NCBI GenBank assembly: GCA_013140955.1
Contig: JABFRY010000367.1
Location: forward strand, 1-31,936
DNA from: Acidobacteriota bacterium
GTDB lineage: Bacteria; Acidobacteriota; Vicinamibacteria; Vicinamibacterales; UBA2999
Direction: 5' to 3'
Length of the DNA stretch: 31,936 bases
In this document: piece by piece, positions 9,942 to 19,005 of the stretch
Position numbering within the stretch: the first letter of the stretch is position 1
How the letters are laid out: every line of letters starts with the position of its first letter
Translations under genes and position numbers: made by a program
The notes under the pieces: model-generated
Seen by the model: the letters and a program-made list of their open reading frames with translations, nothing else
The model's database searches: none
What the model was told of the DNA's origin: nothing

Positions 9942-11272
9942 GTCTCACCGCTCTTACCTGGCTGTTGGGCTATTGCCTTCTTGCCTGTCTCTCGTTCCTC
10001 AATCCGCTTTTCGGGGCTCTCGGCTACTTGCACGAGTATTACAACCGCCCGGAACTGCAGTGGTGGGGTGACGAGTTGCCCGCACTCCGATGGAACCTCA
10101 TCATCTCCATCATCCTTGGCGTCACCTTTCTCGTGCGCCGCTCCTCGCTCAGACCGCTGAAGTCCCTGAAGAACCTGACCGTGCCCTGGCTGCTTGTTCT
10201 AAACGCCACGATGATCATCGTCAGTGCTGTCCTCGCGGTCTGGCCGAGCGAGAGCTGGGATTGGACAATCCAGTGGACGAAGACGGCGTTGATTTTCCCG
10301 CTCTTGCTGATCGGCGTAACGAGGTCTCGGGGTGCATTCAACGCCATCGCGGCAGCCAACGTCGCCGGCGCCCTGTGGTGGGGTTGGGACTCGTGGCGCG
10401 ATCCCAAGCGACAGGCGGGGCGGCTCGTTGGCGTGGGCTCAGGGGATACGCAAGACGATAACGCGGCTGCCGCACACCTGGTGACGGTTCTGCCGCTGGC
10501 GGTGATGTTCCTGCTGGTCGAGAAGGACAAGCGACTTCGCGCCCTTGGGCTCGTCGCGGTGCCGTTCATCATCAATACAATCATCCTCTGCAACAGCCGC
10601 AGCGCGGTGGTGGCCATGGTCGTCGCCGCCGGCGCAACGATGCTCCTGGTGCGCTCGCAGTACCGCCTCAAGCTGGGCGGAGTGGCCCTGGCGATGGGGC
10701 TCGCCTTCTTCATGCTGGCCGATGAGCAGTTCATCTCGAGGCAACAGACCACGGCGAACTACGAGGAGGACAACTCCGCGCAGCAGCGCCTGATTGCTTG
10801 GCGGGCGGGGTACGAACTCGTCAAGGACCATCCTCTGGGCACTGGTGGGCGAGGCTTCCATTTCCTGAGCCCCATCTACATGCCCGAGATCGTCGCTGCT
10901 TACAATGGCGACCTGCGCGGGCCACACAATACGTACGTCATGGTGGCGTCCGAGTGGGGCGTTATCGGGCTCGTGGCGTTCATCGGCTACATCTCGGCGA
11001 CGTTCGTCATGCTCGGGCGTGTGAAGAAGAGGGCCAACGGGCAGGACTTCTACTACTGGCGAGCGCTGGCGGTTCAAGTCGGCTTCATTGCCTACCTGAT
11101 CGCAAGTGCCTTTACAGCGCGGCTCTATGCGGAGGTGGGCTACTGGTTCTCTGGACTGGCGTTCGTACTGTACCGCTTGCAGTACACGGAGATCGCTGAG
11201 CAGGCCAACCCGGTGAGCGAAGGCACCGAGATCGAACGCACCAGGGACGGGATTGACCGCTCGGCCGCCTGA
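9938..11272 (+). CDS. O-antigen ligase/Wzy-like polytopic membrane protein (similar to exosortase-locus O-glycosylation ligases)
   Basis: ATGA overlap, many TM segments, DDN..AAHL, NSRSA, SAQQRLIAW..G..L.KDHPLGTGGRGF and GPHNTYVMVASEWGVIG. Confidence 0.82.
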   Translation: MSLTALTWLLGYCLLACLSFLNPLFGALGYLHEYYNRPELQWWGDELPALRWNLIISIILGVTFLVRRSSLRPLKSLKNLTVPWLLVLNATMIIVSAVLAVWPSESWDWTIQWTKTALIFPLLLIGVTRSRGAFNAIAAANVAGALWWGWDSWRDPKRQAGRLVGVGSGDTQDDNAAAAHLVTVLPLAVMFLLVEKDKRLRALGLVAVPFIINTIILCNSRSAVVAMVVAAGATMLLVRSQYRLKLGGVALAMGLAFFMLADEQFISRQQTTANYEEDNSAQQRLIAWRAGYELVKDHPLGTGGRGFHFLSPIYMPEIVAAYNGDLRGPHNTYVMVASEWGVIGLVAFIGYISATFVMLGRVKKRANGQDFYYWRALAVQVGFIAYLIASAFTARLYAEVGYWFSGLAFVLYRLQYTEIAEQANPVSEGTEIERTRDGIDRSAA

Positions 11273-11273
11273 G

Positions 11274-12428
11274 ATGCGCGGCAACGGTCCCAGGCCAGGA
11301 GCGCACGCCGCCACCTCGATTTCTCCCGCTGGCGTCGCCGATCCGGCGCATCGAAAGAGCGCGCGCTCAAGCCCGATCGTCCCGGCCGTGTTCACGCCGG
11401 TCCTCGCCCGTCTGCAGCAGGAAGCCGCCGGACACTTTCCGGTGCCGGATGCCGTGCTGGTGGCCGTGAGCTACGAGGAGCGCCCGTTCTCGCACCTGCT
11501 CCGGGTGGGTATCGTGGGTCGCGGTGACGATGCCCCTCGGTCGCATGTGTTCGTGAAGATCTTCAAGACGGGTCCTCTCGGCGGCGACACGGCGAAGATG
11601 GCGGCGCGCGTAGCCCACGACTTCGAGACGACCCGGCGTCTGCACGATGCCATGGCGCACTGGGGCGACATGGGAGTCGTGCGTCCGGTGGCGTGCTATC
11701 TCGACCATCTGGCCATCGTCACGGAGGAAACGGAGGGCGTGACCCTGCAGGCGCGTCTCGAGGCCGACGCGGCGTGGCTGCCGTCGCACGACACGATGCA
11801 GGCGCTCGTCGCGACCATGCATCGAGCCGGCCGGTGGGTCGCTGCGTTTCAGACGATCGAGCCGTCGGACCGGCACGTGAACACGAGGGACCTGCGGGAC
11901 TACATCGACCTCCGACTCGGGAAGCTGGTGGGCGCACCGGCTGCGCGCTTCGACGACGCGGACCGCGCGCGGGTGCTCCGCCACCTCGACCACCTGACCG
12001 GCCTGGTTCCCGCCGGCGACCTCCGCGATGTCCTCGTCCACGCGGATCTCACGCCCGCCAACATGCTCGTTGCCGGCGACGGCATCGTGGTGCTGGACCT
12101 GGCCATGACACACCGCGGGACGCGCCTGCACGACCTCGCGCGCATGCACTTCCAGCTCGAGCTCCTGACGGCCAAGCCGCACTTCCTGGTGCGGACGGTC
12201 CGCCGCCTGCAGCACGCGCTGCTCGACGGCTTCGAGCCCGGCCTCACCGACCGTGACCCGCTCTTCAGGCTGCTGCTCCTGATGCAGCGGGTCAACCACC
12301 TGGGCTCGCTGGCGATCCGGCCGGCCGGCTTCCCCGCGTCCCTCTACAACCGGCATGTCCGGCGCCTGCATCGGCGGTGGCTCGACCGCGAGCTCCGCGT
12401 GGCAGCGGGCCAATCGGAGACGCGGTGA
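11274..12428 (+). CDS. APH/choline-kinase-fold phosphotransferase (start uncertain: TTG 11253, ATG 11274 or a later GTG)
   Basis: VFVKIF (ATP-binding Lys), catalytic loop VHADLTPANML, Mg-binding VVLDL, followed by DLAR. Confidence 0.72.
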   Translation: MRGNGPRPGAHAATSISPAGVADPAHRKSARSSPIVPAVFTPVLARLQQEAAGHFPVPDAVLVAVSYEERPFSHLLRVGIVGRGDDAPRSHVFVKIFKTGPLGGDTAKMAARVAHDFETTRRLHDAMAHWGDMGVVRPVACYLDHLAIVTEETEGVTLQARLEADAAWLPSHDTMQALVATMHRAGRWVAAFQTIEPSDRHVNTRDLRDYIDLRLGKLVGAPAARFDDADRARVLRHLDHLTGLVPAGDLRDVLVHADLTPANMLVAGDGIVVLDLAMTHRGTRLHDLARMHFQLELLTAKPHFLVRTVRRLQHALLDGFEPGLTDRDPLFRLLLLMQRVNHLGSLAIRPAGFPASLYNRHVRRLHRRWLDRELRVAAGQSETR

Positions 12429-14797
12429 GCGGCGCGCCGGTCGTAGGCTTTGGAGGCCGACTCCGCAAGCTCCGCGCGATGACCCCTGCGGAAGTCGCCG
12501 AGCGGCTCCGCTATCGGGTGTATCTCGGTCGTGAGCGCCGGGCTCATCGCCGGGGCACGCTGGCCCCAGCCGATCGCCTTCCCAGGGGCCTGGTCGATGA
12601 CCTCCGCGGGGCGGACTGGAGGGCGCGCCTGCTCGCTGCGCGCCTGAGCCGTCGGACACGATTCCTGCCAGGCGTGCAGCAGCAGGAGACGATGCGCAGC
12701 CTCTTCGCGAAGCGCTACGCCAGCGAGTTCGCCGCCACGACAACCCATGCGGCGAGGGCCAGAGCGCGGGAGTTCGCGTTCTTCGGCCACACGTTCACCT
12801 ATCCAGACGGGATTCCCTGGCAACACGATCCCGTGACGAACCTGCCGTGGCCGCCCGTGTACCACGCGGACGTCCCGATTCACCGCGGCAACACGGTGGC
12901 CGGGGACGTGAAGCACGTCTGGGAGCTGAGTCGGCATCAGTTCCTCATCGACCTGGGCAAGTCGGTCTTCCTCACGGGCAGCGCCGAGGACACCGCGGCG
13001 ATCCGGTCGCTGGTCCGGAACTGGCGCGCGGGTAATCCGTACGCCACCGGGGTCAACTGGGCGTGCGCCCTCGAGCCGGCCTTCAGGTCGTTCTCGTGGA
13101 TGTGGGCGTACTTCCTGTCGGTGGACGCACTGGACGACGACTTCCATATCGAGTGGCTCGAGGGCCTGCTCGACCACGGCCGATTCCTGTACCGGCACCT
13201 CGAGTACTTCGCGAGCCCGTACAACCACCTGATCGGCGAGGCGTCGGCGCTCTACATGCTGGGTGCGCACTTTCCGGAATTCTCCGAAGCCGCCGAATGG
13301 CGGGCGCGTGGACGACACGTGCTGGAGGGCCGGCTCGCGGAGCAGTTCTACCAGGACGGTGGCAGCGTCGAGCAGTCCACGTTCTATCACCACGCCACGA
13401 TCGGCTACTACCTGCTGGCCACCCTCACGGCGCGCGCCGCCGGCGACACCCTGGCCCCGGCGATCGACCAGGCCATCGAGCGGGGACTGGACTTCAGCGT
13501 CGCGCTCTCGCAACCCGACGGCAGGACGCCGGAGATCGGGGGCGCGGACGACGGCAAGCCGATCAGGATGGAGCACCTGCCCTTCTGGGACTTCCGGCCG
13601 TACTACGCCATCGGTGCAGTGCTCTTCGGGAGGACCGACCTCAAGCGTGCCGCCGGACGCTTCCACGAGGATGCGCTCTGGCTCCTGGGTCCCGAGGGTC
13701 TGGCCCGCTTCGACGCCATGCCCGACGGTGAGCCACGGGCCACATCGGTGGCACTCCCCCATAGCGGCTACTACGTGATGCGCAGCGACTGGACGGAGGG
13801 CGCTGACTACGTCTGCATGGACTGCGGGGAGCAGGCCGCCGGCATGCGGACCGATGACGTCCCCAATTCCATGCACGGCCACGCCGATTGCCTCTCGGTC
13901 GTGGCCTGGCTGGCCGGCCGGCGCGTGCTGGTGGACTCGGGCCTCTTCGCCTACAACTGCGGGGGATCCTGGGAGGCGCACTTCCGCGAGACGGCCGCAC
14001 ACAACACGGTGCGCGTCGATGGACGGGATCAGGCGCGGCATATCGGCAAGATGGCGTGGTCCCACAGCTACCGTGCCACGTGCGAAGGCTGGTTGGCCGG
14101 CGATCGCGAGGCCTGGGTCATCGGCACCCACGACGGCTACGCGCGTGGCGAGGCGGGCGTGGTGCACCGGCGCGCCGTGTGGTTGAGGCCAGCTGGCTAC
14201 ATCGTCATCTGCGACGAACTCGTCGCGACCGGCGGGCATGACTACGAAGTGAACTTCCAGTTCGCGCCAGGGAGACTCAACGTGGCGGCCCCGCGGCAGG
14301 TGTACTTCGACGACGGTGCCACCGCGGGCGCTGGTGTGGACGTCCTCTGGACGGGCAGCGCCGCATGGACCGCCCGCACGAGCCTCGGAGGCGGGGCGCC
14401 CGACGACGGCTGGATCGCGCCAAGTCTCGGCGTGAAGCAGGCGGCCCCTCGACTCACGCTCACCTGCTCGGGGAGCGAGGGACGAACGGTGCTGTTGACG
14501 GTGCTTGCAGCCCGGAGCCCGCACGTGTCCGGGCCACGGGTAGACCTCGCACCGTCGCAGGCTTCCGCCATGGCAGGGGCCATCCGGGTATCCACCGCGG
14601 ACGGCGTGGATTGGTGTACCGCGCGCGGACTTCGGCCACCGGACGGCATCGACACCGATGCGCTGATCGCCATCTGCCGCGAGACGTCCCAGGCCTGGCA
14701 TGGCTCCTGGCAGGTGGGCGGCACCTACGTCCGTTGCACCGCCCATCCGGACGGCGCTCCGCGCCGCGACCACACGACCGAGGATCCGACACGGTGA
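12425..14797 (+). CDS. Heparinase II/III-family (lyase-fold) protein of capsule/EPS-locus type, no signal peptide
   Basis: GTGA overlap with the previous stop. WELSRHQ, YNHLIGEA, DGGSVEQSTFYH, YYVMRSDW, HGHADCLS and TAAHNTVRVDG. Confidence 0.88.
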   Translation: MSGAPVVGFGGRLRKLRAMTPAEVAERLRYRVYLGRERRAHRRGTLAPADRLPRGLVDDLRGADWRARLLAARLSRRTRFLPGVQQQETMRSLFAKRYASEFAATTTHAARARAREFAFFGHTFTYPDGIPWQHDPVTNLPWPPVYHADVPIHRGNTVAGDVKHVWELSRHQFLIDLGKSVFLTGSAEDTAAIRSLVRNWRAGNPYATGVNWACALEPAFRSFSWMWAYFLSVDALDDDFHIEWLEGLLDHGRFLYRHLEYFASPYNHLIGEASALYMLGAHFPEFSEAAEWRARGRHVLEGRLAEQFYQDGGSVEQSTFYHHATIGYYLLATLTARAAGDTLAPAIDQAIERGLDFSVALSQPDGRTPEIGGADDGKPIRMEHLPFWDFRPYYAIGAVLFGRTDLKRAAGRFHEDALWLLGPEGLARFDAMPDGEPRATSVALPHSGYYVMRSDWTEGADYVCMDCGEQAAGMRTDDVPNSMHGHADCLSVVAWLAGRRVLVDSGLFAYNCGGSWEAHFRETAAHNTVRVDGRDQARHIGKMAWSHSYRATCEGWLAGDREAWVIGTHDGYARGEAGVVHRRAVWLRPAGYIVICDELVATGGHDYEVNFQFAPGRLNVAAPRQVYFDDGATAGAGVDVLWTGSAAWTARTSLGGGAPDDGWIAPSLGVKQAAPRLTLTCSGSEGRTVLLTVLAARSPHVSGPRVDLAPSQASAMAGAIRVSTADGVDWCTARGLRPPDGIDTDALIAICRETSQAWHGSWQVGGTYVRCTAHPDGAPRRDHTTEDPTR

Positions 14798-15876
14798 CGA
14801 GCAGGCCAGCCCGCATTCTGGAGATCACGTCCTACCCACCGCCACGGGCCGGCTGGGGCATTCGCGTGGAGTTCCTCAAGAAGCGCATGGAACGCGAGGG
14901 GCACTCCTGCGTCGTGCTGAACATCGGCACGAGCCGCGCCATCCCGAGCCCCGAGTACGAGACCGTGCTCGGAGGCCGCGACTTCCTTGCGAAGGTGTGG
15001 CGCTTCTCGCAGCAGGGGTACGTCATCCATGCGCACGCCAATGGCGACGCCCTGAAGGGGCTGGCGCTGGCCCTCATCGCCGAGGTCGTCGGGCTGGTGC
15101 ACGGCCGGCGCTGCTTCCTCACGTTCCACGCGGGGGTCATTCAGCGCTACTTTCCCAGGCACCGTGCGTGGTGGCTGGCGCCCGTGTTCTGGCTGCTGTT
15201 CATCATCCCGAAGCGCATCATCTGCAACAGCGAACCTGTGAAGGCGTGCATCAGGGGATACGGCGTCAGCGGCCGGAAGATCGTGCCGATCGCCGCCTTC
15301 AGCAGTCAGTACCTCGAGTTCACGCCCCGGGAACTGCCCTCGCACCTCACGGCGTTCCTCACGCACTACCCGCACATCGTGTTCACGTACATGCGCATGC
15401 GGACGCTCTTCTACCCGGTCACGATGATCGAGGGCATGGCGCGCCTGATGGCGCGACGCGGCGACGTCGGGCTGGTGCTGTGCGGAGGACGCGGCCACTC
15501 CGACGAGGGCATGGGCGAGGCGGTGGACGCAGCCATCCGCCGGCACGGCGTCGCGGACCGCATCTGCCAGGTGGACGACCTCGACCACGATGCGTTTCTC
15601 ACGGTGCTTCAGCGCTCCACCCTGTACCTGCGCACGCCGATTACCGATGGTGTGGCGTCGTCGGTGCTGGAGTCCATGGCGCTCGGCGTGCCGGTGGTGG
15701 CCTGCGAGAACGGGACGCGCCCGCGCGGGGTGGTGACCTATCAGGCCGAGGATGCGGCCGGCCTGGCCGACGCAGTGGAACACACCATCGACAACCGCGC
15801 GGCCGTTGCGGCTGCCATGGCGCAGTTCGAGGTGCCCGATACGCTGGCGGACGAAATTGCACTCCTGACGTCGTAG
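14794..15876 (+). CDS. GT4-family (GT-B) glycosyltransferase
   Basis: GTGA overlap. ITSYPPPRAGWG, HAHANG, LTFHAG, RIICNSE and YLRTPITDGVASSVLESMALGVPVVA. Confidence 0.8.
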   Translation: MTSRPARILEITSYPPPRAGWGIRVEFLKKRMEREGHSCVVLNIGTSRAIPSPEYETVLGGRDFLAKVWRFSQQGYVIHAHANGDALKGLALALIAEVVGLVHGRRCFLTFHAGVIQRYFPRHRAWWLAPVFWLLFIIPKRIICNSEPVKACIRGYGVSGRKIVPIAAFSSQYLEFTPRELPSHLTAFLTHYPHIVFTYMRMRTLFYPVTMIEGMARLMARRGDVGLVLCGGRGHSDEGMGEAVDAAIRRHGVADRICQVDDLDHDAFLTVLQRSTLYLRTPITDGVASSVLESMALGVPVVACENGTRPRGVVTYQAEDAAGLADAVEHTIDNRAAVAAAMAQFEVPDTLADEIALLTS

Positions 15877-16107
15877 CCGACGGTCCGAAGCCCGTGCCGC
15901 CTCCTGGGACCCGGCAGGTACGGTCTGGCGTGTGAGCGCAGGAGGCGCCAACCCTGGCGGCGGCGACCGATAAAATGCCTGTGACTGTTGACAATAGGCT
16001 GCGTTCAGGCAGACAACTACCATTGGGCCTGTCAAGCATTCATGGCCATGCGGGGCGTTCGGCAGCCAGATGCGCGCCGGAGCGGCTGTCCTCCGCCAGC
16101 CTACGTC

Positions 16108-16124
16108 TTGGCCAGCTTCTTGCG
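16108..16124 (+). promoter_or_regulatory. Putative sigma54 (-24/-12) promoter of the acylation operon
   Basis: TTGGCCAGCTTCTTGCG = TGGC-N7-TTGC with exact GG-N10-GC spacing, about 97 bp before the GTG at 16221. Confidence 0.55.
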
Positions 16125-16220
16125 CTTGTGGAGCGCGAACCACGTGGTCCCGGGGACAGCTCCGGCGGGCCATCACTCGTGGGCGGAACCGACCGTCCAT
16201 CGGAAGGTGTGTAACGTACC

Positions 16221-17372
16221 GTGATTGCGCCCATCGATCTCACCGCGGACCAGCAGCAGCTGCAGGACGCCGCCATCGCGTTCGCCAAGCAGGCGCTCGG
16301 ACGGGACATGATCGCCCGCGACCGCGAGGAGCGCTTCAACCGCGAGGACTGGATGCAGTGCGCGGAGTTCGGCGTCCAGGCCATGCCGGTCTCCGCCGAC
16401 TACGGGGGCCTCGGCCTCGGCCTGGTGACATTGATTTCGGTCATGGAGGGCCTCGGCTACGGCTGCCGCGACTCGGGCCTCCTCTTCTCGCTCAACGCCC
16501 ACCTGTGGACCAATTCGATTCCCATCCAGATCTACGGCACCGAGGCACAGAAGCAGCGGTACCTGCCGGGACTCTGCAACGGGACGCTCATCGGCGCCAA
16601 CGGCGCAAGCGAACCGGACGCCGGGTCCGACATCTTCTCGATGCGCACCAGGGCCGAGCGCGTGGGCGACCACTACGTGCTGAACGGCGCCAAGACGTTC
16701 GTCAGCAACGCCCCTGTGGCCGACCTCTTCGTGCTCTACGCCACGATCGATCCGGCCCTTGGCCCCATGGGCGTCACCGCCTTCATCATCGAGCGCGACA
16801 CGCCAGGGCTGTCAGTGGGAAAGCACCTCGAGAAGATGGGCCTCCGAACCTCGCCGATGGCCGAGGTCATCCTGGAGGACTGTCGCATCCCGGTGGAGAA
16901 CCGGCTGGGCCGCGAAGGACGGGGCGCAGAGGTCTTCGAGTGCTCCATGGAATGGGAACGCGGGTGCATCCTGGGCAGCTTCCTCGGCACCATGCGCCGG
17001 CAGCTCGAGCAGTGCATCACACACGCCCGGAGCCGGAAGCAGTTCGGCAAGGCCATCGGGAAGTTCCAGTCCACGGCGAACCGCATCGTGGACATGCGCG
17101 TCAGGCTCGATGCCTGCCGGCCCATGGTGTACCGCATCGGGCAGCTCAAGGATCAGAACCGGAAGGCGGTGCTCGAAGCCTCGGTTGCCAAGCTGTTCGT
17201 GTCGGAGTCGCTCGTGGCGTCGATGCTCGACGCGGTGCAGGTGTTCGGCGGCTACGGCTACATGACGGAACAGGAGGTCGAGCGTGACCTGCGCGACGCC
17301 GTGGGCAGCACCCTGTACTCGGGCACGTCGGAAATCCAGCGCAACATCATCGCCAAGTGTCTTGGCCTGTAG
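16221..17372 (+). CDS. Acyl-CoA-dehydrogenase-fold flavoenzyme, most similar in motifs to L-prolyl-[carrier] dehydrogenases (PltE/PigA/RedW/CloN3/AnaB type)
   Basis: GLGYGCRDSGLLFSLNAHLW, IGANGASEPDAGSD, GAKTFVSN, KMGLRTSP, SMEWER (Glu246), FGKAIGKFQ and QVFGGYGY. STLYSGTSEIQR has Ser at the position of the MCAD catalytic Glu. Confidence 0.82.
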   Translation: MIAPIDLTADQQQLQDAAIAFAKQALGRDMIARDREERFNREDWMQCAEFGVQAMPVSADYGGLGLGLVTLISVMEGLGYGCRDSGLLFSLNAHLWTNSIPIQIYGTEAQKQRYLPGLCNGTLIGANGASEPDAGSDIFSMRTRAERVGDHYVLNGAKTFVSNAPVADLFVLYATIDPALGPMGVTAFIIERDTPGLSVGKHLEKMGLRTSPMAEVILEDCRIPVENRLGREGRGAEVFECSMEWERGCILGSFLGTMRRQLEQCITHARSRKQFGKAIGKFQSTANRIVDMRVRLDACRPMVYRIGQLKDQNRKAVLEASVAKLFVSESLVASMLDAVQVFGGYGYMTEQEVERDLRDAVGSTLYSGTSEIQRNIIAKCLGL

Positions 17373-18722
17373 GTGAGCGAGAGCATGTCCGTCCTGGCGA
17401 ACACGGGAGTCCCCATCATCGGACAGGTTGCCACGGGCAGCCCGGCCAAGCCCGCCGAGGGGCGCGCCGCCATGGCACAGACCGACTTCGGGCGGTTCGT
17501 GAGCATGATGGCGCAGCTGGGCCTGCTGCTGCTGGTGTTCTACTTCTACGACCTCGAGGAGCCGGCTTTCGGCATCCTCTCGCTGCTGGTGGTTGCGGGA
17601 TTCGCCATCCACTACTGGCTGCCCTTCGCCTGGAAGGAGACCTTCTACATCGGGTGGTGCCTGGCCGGCGCCTTCGTGATGCTCGATCCGCAGACCGCGG
17701 GGCTGCTGATCGCGTCGGGTCTGGCGCTGTTCGGCATCGTCAACCTCTCGATCCCGTTCCGCGCGCGGATGGCCATCGTGGCCGCGGTCATCGCCGTCCT
17801 CGTCTACGCACGGGCCACGTTGAGCCTGGGCATCCCGTACGAGTTCTGGCCCGTGTTCGGCGCCATCTTCATGTTCAGGTTCATCATCTACCTGTACGAC
17901 GCCGCCCACGCGAAGGCGAAGCCGACGCTCCGTGAGTTCCTCACCTACTTCTTCGTCCTGCCGAACTACTACTTCCTGCTGTTTCCGGTGGTGGATTTCC
18001 AGACGCACCGGCAGACCTACTTCCGGCGCAACATCAACGACATCGCGCAGCAGGGCATCGTCTGGATCGCGCGAGGCGCGATCCAGCTCCTGCTCTATCG
18101 CCTCGTCTATCACTGGAAGGGGCCGTCGAACGCGCCGGAGCTGGTGACGACGTTCCCGAGCCTGCTGACGACGATGACGCTGACGTACCTGCTCTACCTG
18201 CGGGTGTCCGGGCAGTTCCACGTCATCATCGGCTTCATGCACCTGTTCGGGTACGACCTGCCGGAGACGCACCGGAAGTATCTGCTCGCACGCAGCCTCA
18301 CCGACTTCTGGCGCCGCATCAACATCTACTGGAAGGACTTCATGGTGAAGCTCGTCTACTTCCCCGTGTACTTCCGGATGCGGCGCAGCGGTGAGGTGCG
18401 CGCGCAGGTGGTGGCCACCCTGATCGTGTTCGTCGTCACCTGGTTCCTGCACGCCTACCAGTGGTTCTGGCTGCGGGGCGACTTCCTGATGACGTGGCCC
18501 GATACGCTCTTCTGGGCGATCCTGGGCGGCCTGGTGACCATCAACCTGCTCATGGAGCGACGGAAGCCGGCGACCAGGGCGGCCGTTTCTCCGTGGCAGG
18601 CCCGGCTGGAGCCGTTGAAGGTGGCCGGCACGTTCCTGCTGATCGTCACGCTCTGGTCGTTGTGGAACTCGCCGTCGGTCCCCGAGTGGGTGGACCTGAT
18701 GACGTGGTGGAGAGTCGGCTGA
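17373..18722 (+). CDS. MBOAT-family membrane-bound O-acyltransferase (DltB/AlgI-like)
   Basis: Polytopic hydrophobic protein with MFRFIIYLYD, FPVVDF, SLTDFWRRINIYWKDF and FVVTWFLH (His360, the likely catalytic His). Confidence 0.9.
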   Translation: MSESMSVLANTGVPIIGQVATGSPAKPAEGRAAMAQTDFGRFVSMMAQLGLLLLVFYFYDLEEPAFGILSLLVVAGFAIHYWLPFAWKETFYIGWCLAGAFVMLDPQTAGLLIASGLALFGIVNLSIPFRARMAIVAAVIAVLVYARATLSLGIPYEFWPVFGAIFMFRFIIYLYDAAHAKAKPTLREFLTYFFVLPNYYFLLFPVVDFQTHRQTYFRRNINDIAQQGIVWIARGAIQLLLYRLVYHWKGPSNAPELVTTFPSLLTTMTLTYLLYLRVSGQFHVIIGFMHLFGYDLPETHRKYLLARSLTDFWRRINIYWKDFMVKLVYFPVYFRMRRSGEVRAQVVATLIVFVVTWFLHAYQWFWLRGDFLMTWPDTLFWAILGGLVTINLLMERRKPATRAAVSPWQARLEPLKVAGTFLLIVTLWSLWNSPSVPEWVDLMTWWRVG

Positions 18723-18751
18723 ATCACGGGACCCCTGGAGACAACCTAGCG

Positions 18752-19003
18752 ATGGACAGTACCAAGGAAGCAATCCGCACCTACATCCTCAACGAGTACC
18801 TGCCCGGCGAGTCGCCGTCGAACCTCAAGGACGACACTCCGCTGCGTACGAGCGGCATCCTCGACTCCATGGCCACCCTCAACCTGGTGAGCTACCTGGA
18901 GCAGACGTTCGGCATCCAGATCGACGCGCACGAGACAGGAGTCGAGAACTTCGACCGGATCGAGGACATCGTGGCGCTGGTGGCCAGCAAGAAGGGCGCC
19001 TGA
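18752..19003 (+). CDS. Acyl/peptidyl carrier protein (83 aa), PltL/PigG/RedO-like
   Basis: GGAG upstream. IRTYILNEYL...DDTPL..SGILDSMATLNLVSYLEQTFGI, with the phosphopantetheine Ser39 in GILDSM. Confidence 0.92.
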   Translation: MDSTKEAIRTYILNEYLPGESPSNLKDDTPLRTSGILDSMATLNLVSYLEQTFGIQIDAHETGVENFDRIEDIVALVASKKGA

Positions 19004-19005
19004 AC

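Noticed and set aside
15988-15993. TTGACA as a sigma70 -35 box (also at 25522 and 25625)
   Set aside because: No -10-like hexamer lies 16-18 bp downstream. They were kept only as possible activator half-sites.
15975-16224. Small ORFs (78-79 aa) in the intergenic gap
   Set aside because: No motifs, they occur on both strands, and they overlap the putative promoter elements.
16221-17372. Housekeeping beta-oxidation acyl-CoA dehydrogenase
   Set aside because: No ETF, hydratase or thiolase neighbours. Its motifs and its linkage to a carrier protein and adenylation enzyme fit carrier-dependent dehydrogenases.
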